Source: a virus. Taken from it: a stretch of DNA of 64,000 bases. Shown here in pieces: positions 20,309-29,736 of the stretch. The DNA is taken from IMG/VR virus record IMGVR_UViG_3300045988_167732, positions 96,001 to 160,000 of that record. The stretch is one strand, 5' to 3'. The position numbers and the translations under genes were made by a program. Below the pieces are notes generated by a model that worked only from the letters and a program-made list of their open reading frames with translations, did not search any database and had not been told where the DNA came from. Position 1 is the first letter of the stretch, and each line of letters opens with the position of its first letter.

Positions 20309-21031
20309 TTAATCCATGCGACCACAGTGCCATTCAATGTCAGTACAGCCAACAATGGACAAATAATTCTTGATTTTATCAACCCACTGTTCCCAACTCC
20401 ATTCGCCCAGTTTATTAGAGCGAGGAATCATTTTGTATTTCTGGCCCTCGTATTTAAAAATCATACCATATCCAATTGCACAACATCCCTTGTCCTCAGA
20501 CATTTTGCAAAGGTCTTCCCAAATTTGAGCAATTGCTTTAATAGCAGGGATTTTATTGTCATCATAATCTTCAGGACAGAAAAGGATAATAGGATAATTC
20601 TTATGCTCTTCGGTATCGTCAGTTTCATAATCACTCCAATTATTGCACGGAGCGAAATAGAAGAACCAAGATGTAGCACACTCAATGTACATACCATACT
20701 TAAGAGCAAATTTCTCAAGCCATTCAGGAGCACCTGAATACATATAACCACACAAAGTTCCCTCAGAAGAGAAACTGATAATATTGGTAGAAGGAGCATA
20801 CTCACAATACTTGGTGGGATGGAAGCCCTCACCCTCATCGACCCAAGTATTCAGAGGGACAAATTTCTTTTCTTTCTTATCCCACAGATTTTGGATATAA
20901 CGAGTACGTCTGTTGTTGTAATAGATACAAACATCATCAACGCATTCATGCTCGGCAAGTAATGCCTTAAATTCCTCAACGATATTGGCGATATCGGACT
21001 TGTTGTAATCATACTTCTTAGACATAATCAT
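20309..21031 (-). CDS. hypothetical protein (240 aa)
   Basis: ORF; downstream of element copy 1. Confidence 0.8.
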   Translation of the reverse strand: MIMSKKYDYNKSDIANIVEEFKALLAEHECVDDVCIYYNNRRTRYIQNLWDKKEKKFVPLNTWVDEGEGFHPTKYCEYAPSTNIISFSSEGTLCGYMYSGAPEWLEKFALKYGMYIECATSWFFYFAPCNNWSDYETDDTEEHKNYPIILFCPEDYDDNKIPAIKAIAQIWEDLCKMSEDKGCCAIGYGMIFKYEGQKYKMIPRSNKLGEWSWEQWVDKIKNYLSIVGCTDIEWHCGRMD

Positions 21032-21065
21032 AATTCCTTTCTAAATAAAAAAGTTTTAAAAGTTA

Positions 21066-21332
21066 TTGACAAGAATGAATTTGTGTGTTACAATACACAT
21101 AGAGTTAAGAGACCCGTAACCTCTCAACTCTGTGTGTTATGTTTTAGTCTCCTTATAGCTCAAGGAAACCAGTTAACACTATTACATAGTAATAGATATT
21201 AAAGCGGTAGTTTATCTATTTGATTTTCTGCATGGTCTTTCATCTCCTTTCTTCCTTAAGACAAGGGTTTCATTTATATGAACAGCTTACGGGGCTAGAG
21301 TTTTAGATAGGAACAGGGTCACTCCTGTTCCT
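21066..21332. promoter_or_regulatory. Leader/antisense element copy 1
   Basis: + promoter TTGACA 21066-21071, TACAAT 21089-21094; stem A 21095-21137 (loop CCCGTAA 21113-21119); stem C loop TTACGGG 21287-21293; terminator-like D 21309-21332 then TTTCTTTTT. Confidence 0.7.
21153..21233 (-). CDS. micro-ORF MQKIKQINYRFNIYYYVIVLTGFLEL (codon 2 CAG, codon 6 TAG)
   Basis: SD AAAGGAG upstream; same family as the other micro-ORFs. Confidence 0.5.
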
Positions 21333-21795
21333 TTTCTTTTTCTTCGTAAGGCTTAAGGGGAATACGATTACGAGTGGAATATTCGCCAGTATCGTTGTCC
21401 ATAAGGAACTCGTTTTCACACTCATCGCAGAAGAATTTAGTTTCAGTTCCAAAATCATCAACTCCTGCTACTCCCCAATTTCCACAATAAGGACAACGAG
21501 GCTCACGATACTGACCAAAGTGAATATCTTCCTGATACTCTTCAGACCGAGGTTCACTCCAAACCTTGACAGAAAAAGTATTACCAGACTTATCATCAGG
21601 GTCAATCTCTGCCATACAGATATCCTGCTCAACATCCTGTCCATCACGAACAAAGACGATGTTTACCCCATGATATCCATCTTCCTGTTCGCAATAGATT
21701 CTGAACTGACCATTAGGAGTATCAACAGAGACGTAAGGGTAGGAATTATTCTTTGCAGAGTGGATAATCATTTCGTTAAGATTCTTGTTAGACAT
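21319..21795 (-). CDS. zinc-ribbon protein (158 aa)
   Basis: CPYCGNWGVAG...FFCDECEN. Confidence 0.8.
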   Translation of the reverse strand: MSNKNLNEMIIHSAKNNSYPYVSVDTPNGQFRIYCEQEDGYHGVNIVFVRDGQDVEQDICMAEIDPDDKSGNTFSVKVWSEPRSEEYQEDIHFGQYREPRCPYCGNWGVAGVDDFGTETKFFCDECENEFLMDNDTGEYSTRNRIPLKPYEEKEKEQE

Positions 21796-21832
21796 AGTTT
21801 TCTTTCCTTTCTTAAATCAAAGATGTTTGTAG

Positions 21833-22384
21833 TTACCAGCCATAAACGTTGCGAACTTGTTTACCAATAGCTCGGGTATACTTGGTAATATCCTTGGAAG
21901 TTGCTTTACCACGATACAGTTTCCAACAGAAATTATCAAGCTGGTCAGAAGTGATTTTAGGCTTCACCTCCCTATACAAAATATAGTGAGTTCCATCATG
22001 GTGAGTTTGACGAGAGCGTAAATTATTGTGAGAATCAACCCACCATTCAGCATATTCACAGTCTTGCTTGAAATTAAGACAAGCTTTGATATTATACTCG
22101 TTAAGGAGGTTGTAACCTGTTCTACGTCCATCCCAAAGACCGACATCAGCAATCTCAATGATACGTCCAGTTGGAATATTAAGGTTGCACTTTTCATCTT
22201 CAAAGTACAAATTATTTACCTCGACCATTTCCTCATAGAACTTGTGTTCGTCCCACTCAGAGTAATCAACGCCACATTCATTGAGTCTTTCCTTGATGTC
22301 ATCAATCCAGTCTTCAAGATTGAGGTTATAGTTGCTCCAAATGATGTGAGGATTGCTTTTCTTGTTCTTGGTAGTCATAATCAT
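21833..22384 (-). CDS. hypothetical protein (183 aa)
   Basis: ORF with RBS. Confidence 0.8.
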   Translation of the reverse strand: MIMTTKNKKSNPHIIWSNYNLNLEDWIDDIKERLNECGVDYSEWDEHKFYEEMVEVNNLYFEDEKCNLNIPTGRIIEIADVGLWDGRRTGYNLLNEYNIKACLNFKQDCEYAEWWVDSHNNLRSRQTHHDGTHYILYREVKPKITSDQLDNFCWKLYRGKATSKDITKYTRAIGKQVRNVYGW

Positions 22385-22441
22385 AATTCCTTTCTCGTAA
22401 TATGTATTTAGGGAACATTTGTGTATGAAAAAGCTGGGGGA

Positions 22442-22996
22442 TTATACCCCAGCAAATCCTTTGTAAGTTTCAACAATCTTGTTCTTTTCTTCAATGACCC
22501 TCTTAGTTGTACTTTTGATGCTGTAAATAAGATTATCCCTCAATGTAGAATAGATTCCATATTCATCCCATTTAGCAAGCCAACCATCTTTGTCTTTAAG
22601 CAGAGAATCAGGACAACACTCAGGAGAAGCATCAAGCACAACAGAATCGCAAACATAATTACCATTTCTCCAAGTAATATGATAACGACCACCCTGTTTG
22701 CTAACTGTGATACTTTCATCCATACCATAATCTCTGTAATAATGAGCATAAAGATTTACTCTTGGAAAGAGATTAACTTCTTCAGCGATTTTCACCAAAG
22801 AAAAAATCTGGTTAACAATCATAGTCCACTTAGCTCTACCAATTGCTTCTGTACGAGGGATATAATATTCCTTTGTAGCTTCATGAAGAGTCTTAGCATC
22901 CTGATAACGCTGAAGAAGTTCCAGCATTTCGGTGTCTTCGTTTTCCTTGCAAGTAATGGTAACGGTCATGTTTTCATAAGTCTTAGTGTTAGTCAT
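22442..22996 (-). CDS. hypothetical protein (184 aa)
   Basis: ORF with RBS. Confidence 0.8.
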   Translation of the reverse strand: MTNTKTYENMTVTITCKENEDTEMLELLQRYQDAKTLHEATKEYYIPRTEAIGRAKWTMIVNQIFSLVKIAEEVNLFPRVNLYAHYYRDYGMDESITVSKQGGRYHITWRNGNYVCDSVVLDASPECCPDSLLKDKDGWLAKWDEYGIYSTLRDNLIYSIKSTTKRVIEEKNKIVETYKGFAGV

Positions 22997-23332
22997 AATA
23001 TAAACCTTTCTCCCCGTATAGCCGTTGGGACAGCTTAATTTTATTATTTTCCTTAAAATAAAGATTAGCCGATGATAGAAAGAATTGTGTTATAGACATT
23101 TTCTGTGTCTAAATCAGAGTCGTTTGATGGATAAGCATTACAAATAGCATCTTTTTCTGTAATAGTTAGCTCATCCCACTTTTTGTTGAAAGGATAGTTC
23201 AAAGAAGTTTCTTCTTCAAAAATCATATAATCTTTTTACAGCTTTTAAAATTTCTTTCTTGTTCATTTTTATATCTCCTTCAATTTATTTGGTAAAGGGG
23301 GAAGATTTACTTCCACCCATATACCTTAGATA

Positions 23333-24931
23333 TTAGTCACTAAGAGTAACACGAACTTTGAGCTTGTTCTCCTTGGCGTATTCACAGATTGCCTTGAATT
23401 CGTCCTCGGTGATACTGCGGTTAGACGCGCCTCTTGCTTGAACAATTGCTTTATCTTCGAGTTCAAGAGTAACAAGAGACTTGTCAATCTTATTAGTCTT
23501 ACGAAGAAAAATAATTAAGCAATTCCTCTTCAAGATTTTAGAAATGTAGCTAGCGACACAATGATTCAACTCAGAACCTTCATGCTTAACATCATCGGCA
23601 TTTTTAGGTCTAATTACAGAATACTCCTTATCATTGGTTGTAAACGGCTTGAAGTTCTTGTAAGCGTTTTCGAACAGTTCTTCCTGCTCTTCGGTAAGTT
23701 TGATTTCATAATTGCGAGCTGCAATATCATGAGTCTGTTTAAGATATGAACTGTAAAGAGTTGGTTTCAAATCCGTGGTGATACACATATTAATGTAGTC
23801 ATTAAGTTCCTGAATAAAAGCGTGCAAACTTTTAAATCCTTGATTGATTGCCTCCTCACAAACATAATCCATGAATTTACCAAATGTGTAATACTCATAA
23901 ATGTGGCTGCCTCTACGTCCGTAACCAACTCCCAAGTACCATCTAAGACACTTTCCAAAACTACCTTCGTTGTCATTTTGGACATGATTGAACAGGAGTT
24001 CTTCATCCCAATATTTACTTTTCTGAATGATTCCAATCCACTCATCCACCGTGTAATGGAAGTAGCTTTCGGCAGTGCATCCCGAATCAGGATTTCCATA
24101 ACCATATTCATTAGTTGCGGTTTTAATAAAATCCTGTAAATCAAGCCATTGGGTTGCCACACCAAAATCAGTTACCTTTTTATATTCAGCCTTGGTCAAA
24201 TTGAGAATCTTGTATACAGGAATGGCTTCGGTGATTTTACGGTTGAGTAAGCTTCTTTGGATTTCCTTGGGCGCGGTTCGAAGAATAATCTCCGTAGATG
24301 CATTTCTTTCTAAAGTAAATTTGAATTCAGTAAAATTATAATGAACTCCGATTTGTTCTTGAGGAATGTCATAAAGTTGAGCAATAAAACTTGTGGCACT
24401 ATCTCTCCAAGAGAACTGACAAGGTTCTCCAGATTTGCTGACAGGGGAAGCGTTTTTATCAAGGACTGGAAATAAACCTTCATCGACAAGAATGAAGGAA
24501 CAAGAGAGATTATTTGAAGCGATTCTGTATTTGTAGTTACGAGAAATAGCAGCTCCAAGCGGGAAACAATAACCCACATTAACCCAAAATTCACCTCCTT
24601 TAACATTAACTTCTTTCAACAAGACTTCTTTCATGTTATAGTCATTGATATCAACTGCATTACCAGAAAGAAGGTCAAAATACAGACTTAAATCACTACG
24701 ATTGGAAGCGTAATGGACAATGATAGTTTTCCCATTAGGGGTGAAATCTTTGTTATAACATTCGCTCTGCACACGAGACAGCTCAACCTTTGCGTTTTCA
24801 AGCTGTTCATTGAGCCCCTTAATCAGAGAGTTAAGTTCCTTTTCTTTGGAAGAAGATTCGTAATTCTTGAAGAAGCTCTCATAGTCATGAGTTTTGGTCT
24901 GATAGAACTTAGCAATGTTAGACATAATCAA
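23333..24931 (-). CDS. PcfJ-like domain protein (532 aa)
   Basis: VKHEGSELNHCVASYISKI..IIFLRKTNK..LVTLELEDKAIVQARGASNRS. Confidence 0.6.
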   Translation of the reverse strand: MIMSNIAKFYQTKTHDYESFFKNYESSSKEKELNSLIKGLNEQLENAKVELSRVQSECYNKDFTPNGKTIIVHYASNRSDLSLYFDLLSGNAVDINDYNMKEVLLKEVNVKGGEFWVNVGYCFPLGAAISRNYKYRIASNNLSCSFILVDEGLFPVLDKNASPVSKSGEPCQFSWRDSATSFIAQLYDIPQEQIGVHYNFTEFKFTLERNASTEIILRTAPKEIQRSLLNRKITEAIPVYKILNLTKAEYKKVTDFGVATQWLDLQDFIKTATNEYGYGNPDSGCTAESYFHYTVDEWIGIIQKSKYWDEELLFNHVQNDNEGSFGKCLRWYLGVGYGRRGSHIYEYYTFGKFMDYVCEEAINQGFKSLHAFIQELNDYINMCITTDLKPTLYSSYLKQTHDIAARNYEIKLTEEQEELFENAYKNFKPFTTNDKEYSVIRPKNADDVKHEGSELNHCVASYISKILKRNCLIIFLRKTNKIDKSLVTLELEDKAIVQARGASNRSITEDEFKAICEYAKENKLKVRVTLSD

Positions 24932-24990
24932 TTTTCCTTTCTTAATTAGACAAAATGTTTGTAGTGACTATATATTAAAGGTAGGAGGGA

Positions 24991-25659
24991 TTAACCCTCC
25001 ATCACCTTTTTACAAAAAGCTTTGTACTTCTGGCTGTTAAGGATACCAAGAATCTTATCTTTAGCTTCGGGCTGACTCTTATAGTAGTCAGAGTTGTAGC
25101 CAAAATGTCTCTGATAAATCATATCAGGATTTTTCTCCCGTAATGCTTTAAGAGGACAGTAAAGGCTTTCAGTAAACTCTTTACCATTGTGTTTATAAGG
25201 CATCTTGATATAGATATCACATGAGCCAGAGCCATACGTAGGAACATAAGCATTGAATTTGTATTTCTTCAGATAAGGATAAGCCATGAGAATTGCTTCA
25301 TTGAAAGCTTTTCGAAGATAGACACTCTGATAATCAAGAGGGACAACATACTGGTAAGCATCTTCGTAATGGTCTCTTTTCCAACCATTACGTTCTTCAG
25401 TGAACTTAAAGTTTCGTTTGATTTCAGGGAGACGTGTGTAATGGGCTTCATAGTAGCTAACACTATTTGTAGACACAGGAATATACTTGATACCACAGAT
25501 ATCTTTCATCTTGATTTTCTCATTTACAAGCCAAAGAAGGACATGAGTTGGGAAACACTTTTCCCATACATCCCATTCTTTGATGAACTTTTTAGCTCTT
25601 TCGTAGCCAACAAATTCTTCGTTGAGATAAGTACCCTGATACGGAGCATAGATAGACAT
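24991..25659 (-). CDS. hypothetical protein (222 aa)
   Basis: ORF. Confidence 0.8.
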   Translation of the reverse strand: MSIYAPYQGTYLNEEFVGYERAKKFIKEWDVWEKCFPTHVLLWLVNEKIKMKDICGIKYIPVSTNSVSYYEAHYTRLPEIKRNFKFTEERNGWKRDHYEDAYQYVVPLDYQSVYLRKAFNEAILMAYPYLKKYKFNAYVPTYGSGSCDIYIKMPYKHNGKEFTESLYCPLKALREKNPDMIYQRHFGYNSDYYKSQPEAKDKILGILNSQKYKAFCKKVMEG

Positions 25660-25726
25660 AATCTTTTTTCCTTTCTTTTCAATAGATGTGTTGTTGTTTA
25701 TGTTTGAGGTTTATGTTTGAGTAGAG

Positions 25727-25975
25727 TTATTTCTCTACATCAAAAGTAACATGAGCGCCAGCGATTCTTGAGTGACTTGGAAGCTTATAAAGCTCTGCAA
25801 TCAAATCTGTATCTCTTGGCTTAAAATGAGGCATAAACGCAAAGTAAAACACTTTGCTATCAAGAACTTTGTTGTTATCGTCAAAACGAGTAACAATAAA
25901 TATATAATATTCTTTGTTACTTTCCAAGTCTGTAGAAGTTCCTTCAAAGGTGATGGTAAAATTACCTATGTTCAT
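25727..25975 (-). CDS. hypothetical protein (82 aa)
   Basis: ORF with RBS. Confidence 0.8.
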   Translation of the reverse strand: MNIGNFTITFEGTSTDLESNKEYYIFIVTRFDDNNKVLDSKVFYFAFMPHFKPRDTDLIAELYKLPSHSRIAGAHVTFDVEK

Positions 25976-26057
25976 AATTTATACTTCCTTTCAAATTTTA
26001 ATTTGAGGGAGAGAGATATTTCACTCTCTCCCAAATTGATGTGTTGAACAGTTGAAA

Positions 26058-26549
26058 TTAGACAGAGGGTCTACCAAGCCATTCAATGTTGTCTGCCTTG
26101 ATAGTCATACAACCAGTCTCATTGGAAGACGTGAAATAACTATCAGGAACGAAGCCAGTCTTACGAAGGTCTTCCTTAGAAATAGGCTTACCATTGAGAT
26201 AGTGCTGAACCTTGGGCTTATTGGGAGTATCATACACACGGAGGTACTCGTTGTATTCGCCCTTCTTATTAGTGTGGCAGATTATGCGATTGCTGTTATC
26301 CTTCCACTGACCCCAAGGAAGCTTAGAAGCAGTATCAATAGGGATATTCTTCTCAGCAGCCTTTGCGATTGCCTTCTTGGTATGCTTGTAGTTGACACCA
26401 ATACGGTAAGTACCGATAACACGCTTAAGGACAGAGACACCAGCTTTACGACCGAGAGCAGAGAGAGTCACATCGGAAACGTAAGCCATCTTGAAGAACT
26501 GACCAGCGGGGATGGAGTTGACCTTGAGGTTGAAATAAGTGTTATTCAT
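26058..26549 (-). CDS. hypothetical protein (163 aa)
   Basis: ORF with RBS. Confidence 0.8.
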   Translation of the reverse strand: MNNTYFNLKVNSIPAGQFFKMAYVSDVTLSALGRKAGVSVLKRVIGTYRIGVNYKHTKKAIAKAAEKNIPIDTASKLPWGQWKDNSNRIICHTNKKGEYNEYLRVYDTPNKPKVQHYLNGKPISKEDLRKTGFVPDSYFTSSNETGCMTIKADNIEWLGRPSV

Positions 26550-26628
26550 GATATTTCCTTTCTGCCCGTAAACCCGATAGCACAGGATAATAAATTAGTT
26601 TGTTGTGAATTGTTATATGAAGAAACGA

Positions 26629-26931
26629 TTAGATGTCAATTTCGATGATTTTACCATCCCAATTATCGTGATTGTAAGTCTCAGCCCACGCAGATGTATC
26701 ATCGAAGTTGTTTTCATCATCAAGAATATCATCATCTACAAGAGACTCAATAGCTTCTTCCAGCTCGTCCATCGTAGAGATATTACAAAAGTTATAATTA
26801 TCTACATCAATATACCGACAAGCTTCGATAAACAGCTCAAATAAATGAATCTGAGCTTTCTCCATAGTGTCGAAGAACTCAGGTTCACCAATTTCACGCT
26901 CACAGCAATCAATAACCATAAACTTCTTCAT
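26629..26931 (-). CDS. hypothetical acidic protein (100 aa)
   Basis: ORF with RBS. Confidence 0.8.
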   Translation of the reverse strand: MKKFMVIDCCEREIGEPEFFDTMEKAQIHLFELFIEACRYIDVDNYNFCNISTMDELEEAIESLVDDDILDDENNFDDTSAWAETYNHDNWDGKIIEIDI

Positions 26932-26970
26932 AATTTTTATTTCCTTTCTTCAATCAAATGTTGTTTGTTG

Positions 26971-27120
26971 TTACTCGCCTTTAATCACATTTACGAGCAG
27001 ATGATAAATCATTTCATCCGCAGCTTCGGCATCCTGCATCATAACGGTTACTTCATCGAAAGCAACATCGTTAATCACTCTGAATGTGGCTCTATCCTTA
27101 TTCTGGATAATTGTAATCAT
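26971..27120 (-). CDS. small protein MITIIQNKDRATFRVINDVAFDEVTVMMQDAEAADEMIYHLLVNVIKGE (not in ORF track)
   Basis: 49-codon ORF filling a gap, with SD; start overlaps the stop of the upstream gene. Confidence 0.7.
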   Translation of the reverse strand: MITIIQNKDRATFRVINDVAFDEVTVMMQDAEAADEMIYHLLVNVIKGE

Positions 27121-27458
27121 TTATTTGCACCTCCTTCAAAGTAATATTCAGAACAATGAAAAGCTTTTTCAAGCGCGTTCTTGATACTCATGAGCTTGTA
27201 ACCGCATTTTCTTTGCTGTTCTGCCAGTCCTTCATAATACATAGATTCTGCCTGTGTGTTAGAACCTAATGCCCAGATATGTTTATTACGAGCATCAGCA
27301 AAGTGCTCGTCAATTGCACCACCAAGCGCATGATAGAGAGCTAGAACTTCATCAAGAGAATCAAACTCGATAATAGCTTTCCAACTGTCGGGATTGACTT
27401 TCTTAATCATGTTTTCGTCAATGATATTGGTAGTGGGCTTGTAAGCGATAGTGTCCAT
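27117..27458 (-). CDS. hypothetical protein (113 aa)
   Basis: ORF. Confidence 0.8.
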   Translation of the reverse strand: MDTIAYKPTTNIIDENMIKKVNPDSWKAIIEFDSLDEVLALYHALGGAIDEHFADARNKHIWALGSNTQAESMYYEGLAEQQRKCGYKLMSIKNALEKAFHCSEYYFEGGANK

Positions 27459-27514
27459 AGTTAAATTCCTTTCTTAATTAGACATGTTGTTTGTAGGTAT
27501 TATGTGAGTGTGGA

Positions 27515-27940
27515 TTACGGAGTCGCAATCCACACAACAGCAATGTAGTCATCAGATGTTTCCTTAGTCCCATTATTATCCATAGTGAGAATGTAAGGAG
27601 CATCTTCATATACAGCCATATTAGTTTCAAGAGTATAAATACCATCGAAACCAGCGTCCTGAGTTACATTGAGAACTCTGAAACGATATTCTCCATGTTC
27701 CACATCAGAATCTACAAGTTCTGCGTAAACAGGATAAGTGTTTTCTTCGAACTTTGCTTCAGGAAGATTGCTTGTAGGAATAGTAGCATTAGCTTTAGCT
27801 AACTGTTCCTGTAATTCCTCTACTTGAGTGAGGTAATCCTTTACAGAATCACCCAAAGCTGCAACTCTTTCTCTGCTATTGAGATACATAAAGGTCATGA
27901 GGATTGCAACGATAAGGACAAACAGATTAATCTTTTTCAT
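27515..27940 (-). CDS. membrane-anchored protein with coiled-coil-like segment
   Basis: Starts MKKINLFVLIVAILMTFMYLNSRE; RBS upstream of this internal ATG. Confidence 0.7.
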   Translation of the reverse strand: MKKINLFVLIVAILMTFMYLNSRERVAALGDSVKDYLTQVEELQEQLAKANATIPTSNLPEAKFEENTYPVYAELVDSDVEHGEYRFRVLNVTQDAGFDGIYTLETNMAVYEDAPYILTMDNNGTKETSDDYIAVVWIATP

Positions 27941-27957
27941 TTTTATTCTCCTTTCAT

Positions 27958-28968
27958 TTAAGCTGCGATACGATTCCAAACAGAGTTCAGAATAGGCATA
28001 GTATTAACTGCGACAGCCGTGAACGCTCCTGTGGTAGTAGACTTAGAAGACTTGCGCATCTGAGTGGGATGACTCTCAAAGTCAGAGATAGCGTTCAAAG
28101 CCTTCCAAGCCGTGTTATTAAAGTTCTGGAGGTCATCCTGATTGTAAGCCGTCATAAGCTTTTCAATCATAGCCAGATTACGAATCTGAAGAATCTCAGA
28201 ATCCTCAGTTTTGACAGGAAAGAGTTCACGAGCAAGAGCTTCGAATGCTTCCTTGGAGTAAGGAGTAACTGCAAGCTTTTCAGCTTCAACCTTAAGACGC
28301 TCAAGATAATTGGTATTCTGAAGCAGAATAGTCTTAGCCTGTTCCAGCTTGGCCTGCATAGAATTGCTGTGACGAATACTTACACGATTTTCAGCCCCTC
28401 TGGTTGCACGAGCGATGCAATTAGAACAGAAGATACGGATACTGATGAACATTGCCTGAATTGCCTTAGAGCCATCATGACTATTAAGGAACATCATGGT
28501 GGGTAAGAATTCATCATCCAGAATCTTCATGGGTTCGGTGGACATGGTGATGAAGCTCTTAGCTCCATTAAGTCCATAACTACCAGCAGTTTCAAACTTA
28601 GCACCTCCCAAAGCAAGAGAGTCAAGGAAGTCAAAAGCCTCACGATTCTGAAGGATGTTGTAATTCTTACCAACAATGCCCAACGGAGCATTAGTGTCAG
28701 TACGAATGGTTGCGAACTGGTCAGGGATGATAAAAGGAGTATCAACCAAAATCTTCTGACCATTCCATTCCTGCTCAACCTTGTTTACGAACTGGACAGG
28801 ACGCTTTTCAACGGAGTAATCCAGACCACTGAGCTTGAGAGCGGATTCAAGAGAGTGGACATTCTCAAGAGTGATACCCATATCTTCGTAGTACTTCTTA
28901 CGAGGAGTATTTTCAACAGCTTCCATAACAGCGTTGACTTTCTTAGTATCATAAGCAGCGATTCCCAT
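27958..28968 (-). CDS. DUF932-like (phage/plasmid-like) protein (336 aa)
   Basis: PLGIVGKNYNILQNREAFDFLDSL... FISIRIFCSNC... pattern. Confidence 0.75.
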   Translation of the reverse strand: MGIAAYDTKKVNAVMEAVENTPRKKYYEDMGITLENVHSLESALKLSGLDYSVEKRPVQFVNKVEQEWNGQKILVDTPFIIPDQFATIRTDTNAPLGIVGKNYNILQNREAFDFLDSLALGGAKFETAGSYGLNGAKSFITMSTEPMKILDDEFLPTMMFLNSHDGSKAIQAMFISIRIFCSNCIARATRGAENRVSIRHSNSMQAKLEQAKTILLQNTNYLERLKVEAEKLAVTPYSKEAFEALARELFPVKTEDSEILQIRNLAMIEKLMTAYNQDDLQNFNNTAWKALNAISDFESHPTQMRKSSKSTTTGAFTAVAVNTMPILNSVWNRIAA

Positions 28969-29045
28969 AAGATTTCCTTTCCGAGCTTTAAGCTCTAAAC
29001 AAAAAAGTTTTTAATATAATGTGTTGTTTGATTTAAGTTGAGATT

Positions 29046-29074
29046 ATTATAAATCCCAAATCCGCAAATGTCAA
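29046..29074 (-). promoter_or_regulatory. sigma70-type promoter on the minus strand
   Basis: TTGACA-17-TATAAT read on the minus strand, upstream of the DUF932-like gene. Confidence 0.8.
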
Positions 29075-29101
29075 GTATTTAAACCAAATAAAGTAAATTA
29101 T

Positions 29102-29266
29102 TTAGTAAGAATACTTCCAAAGTAAGGCAAAGAGTTCTTGCATAAGTTTTTTAGCCTTATCACGGTCTGTTTTAAGCATACAGGTATCTGAACCAATATC
29201 CTCTTTTAACTTAGTGAGGATGTCGAGATAGCTAAGGTCAGTTTCGACGGTGGTTTTAATTTTCAT
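29102..29266 (-). CDS. small protein (54 aa; MKIKTTVETDLSYLDILTKLKEDIG...), not in ORF track
   Basis: SD-preceded ORF filling a gap; downstream of element copy 2. Confidence 0.7.
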   Translation of the reverse strand: MKIKTTVETDLSYLDILTKLKEDIGSDTCMLKTDRDKAKKLMQELFALLWKYSY

Positions 29267-29294
29267 TTTGTTTCCTTTCTGTACTAAAAAGTAC

Positions 29295-29571
29295 TTGACA
29301 AGATTGATGTTGTGTGTTAATATATGTATAGATGATAAGAAGAATCCTATACTTCTTACTTACCATCTATACATCTTCGTAAAATAATCAGTGGGTGTGA
29401 TTAATTACGGTTATAGATAATCATTATCTACATAAGATTGTAGAAATAATTAACGTAGAAGATTCTCTACATGGCTTTCAACTCCTTTCCTCCTTAGACA
29501 AGGGACAATTATATAACAGTTTATAGGAACTGGTTATATCAAGAAAGAGCAGGATTTTATTCCTGCTCTTT
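29295..29571. promoter_or_regulatory. Leader/antisense element copy 2
   Basis: + promoter TTGACA 29295-29300, TAATAT 29318-29323; stem A 29326-29372 (loop CCTATA 29346-29351); stem C 29511-29539 (loop TATAGG 29522-29527); terminator-like D 29544-29571. Confidence 0.75.
29401..29472 (-). CDS. micro-ORF MQRIFYVNYFYNLMQIMIIYNRN (codons 2 and 15 are TAG)
   Basis: SD AAAGGAG; TAA stop. Confidence 0.5.
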
Positions 29572-29736
29572 TTCTATTGTGTACAAATACTGCTTTCGCT
29601 TTTCTTTGTACTGTTTGTTAATTTTGTACCGATAACTGCCATGAGTCTTACGCTGAATTCCTTCACAGCGGTCATAGTACATACCATCGTACTGGGGATA
29701 CTCTGTGATAGCATTGTTAGGTGTACGTTTAGACAT
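29557..29736 (-). CDS. small basic protein MSKRTPNNAITEYPQY... (59 aa)
   Basis: ORF; 3' end overlaps hairpin D. Confidence 0.65.
   Translation of the reverse strand: MSKRTPNNAITEYPQYDGMYYDRCEGIQRKTHGSYRYKINKQYKEKRKQYLYTIEKEQE

Noticed and set aside
20327-26047. Many plus-strand ORFs from the six-frame track (e.g. 20327..20737, 22421..23038, 25369..25707, 26052..26648)
   Set aside because: They lie antisense to well-formed minus-strand genes with ribosome-binding sites and are typical shadow ORFs.
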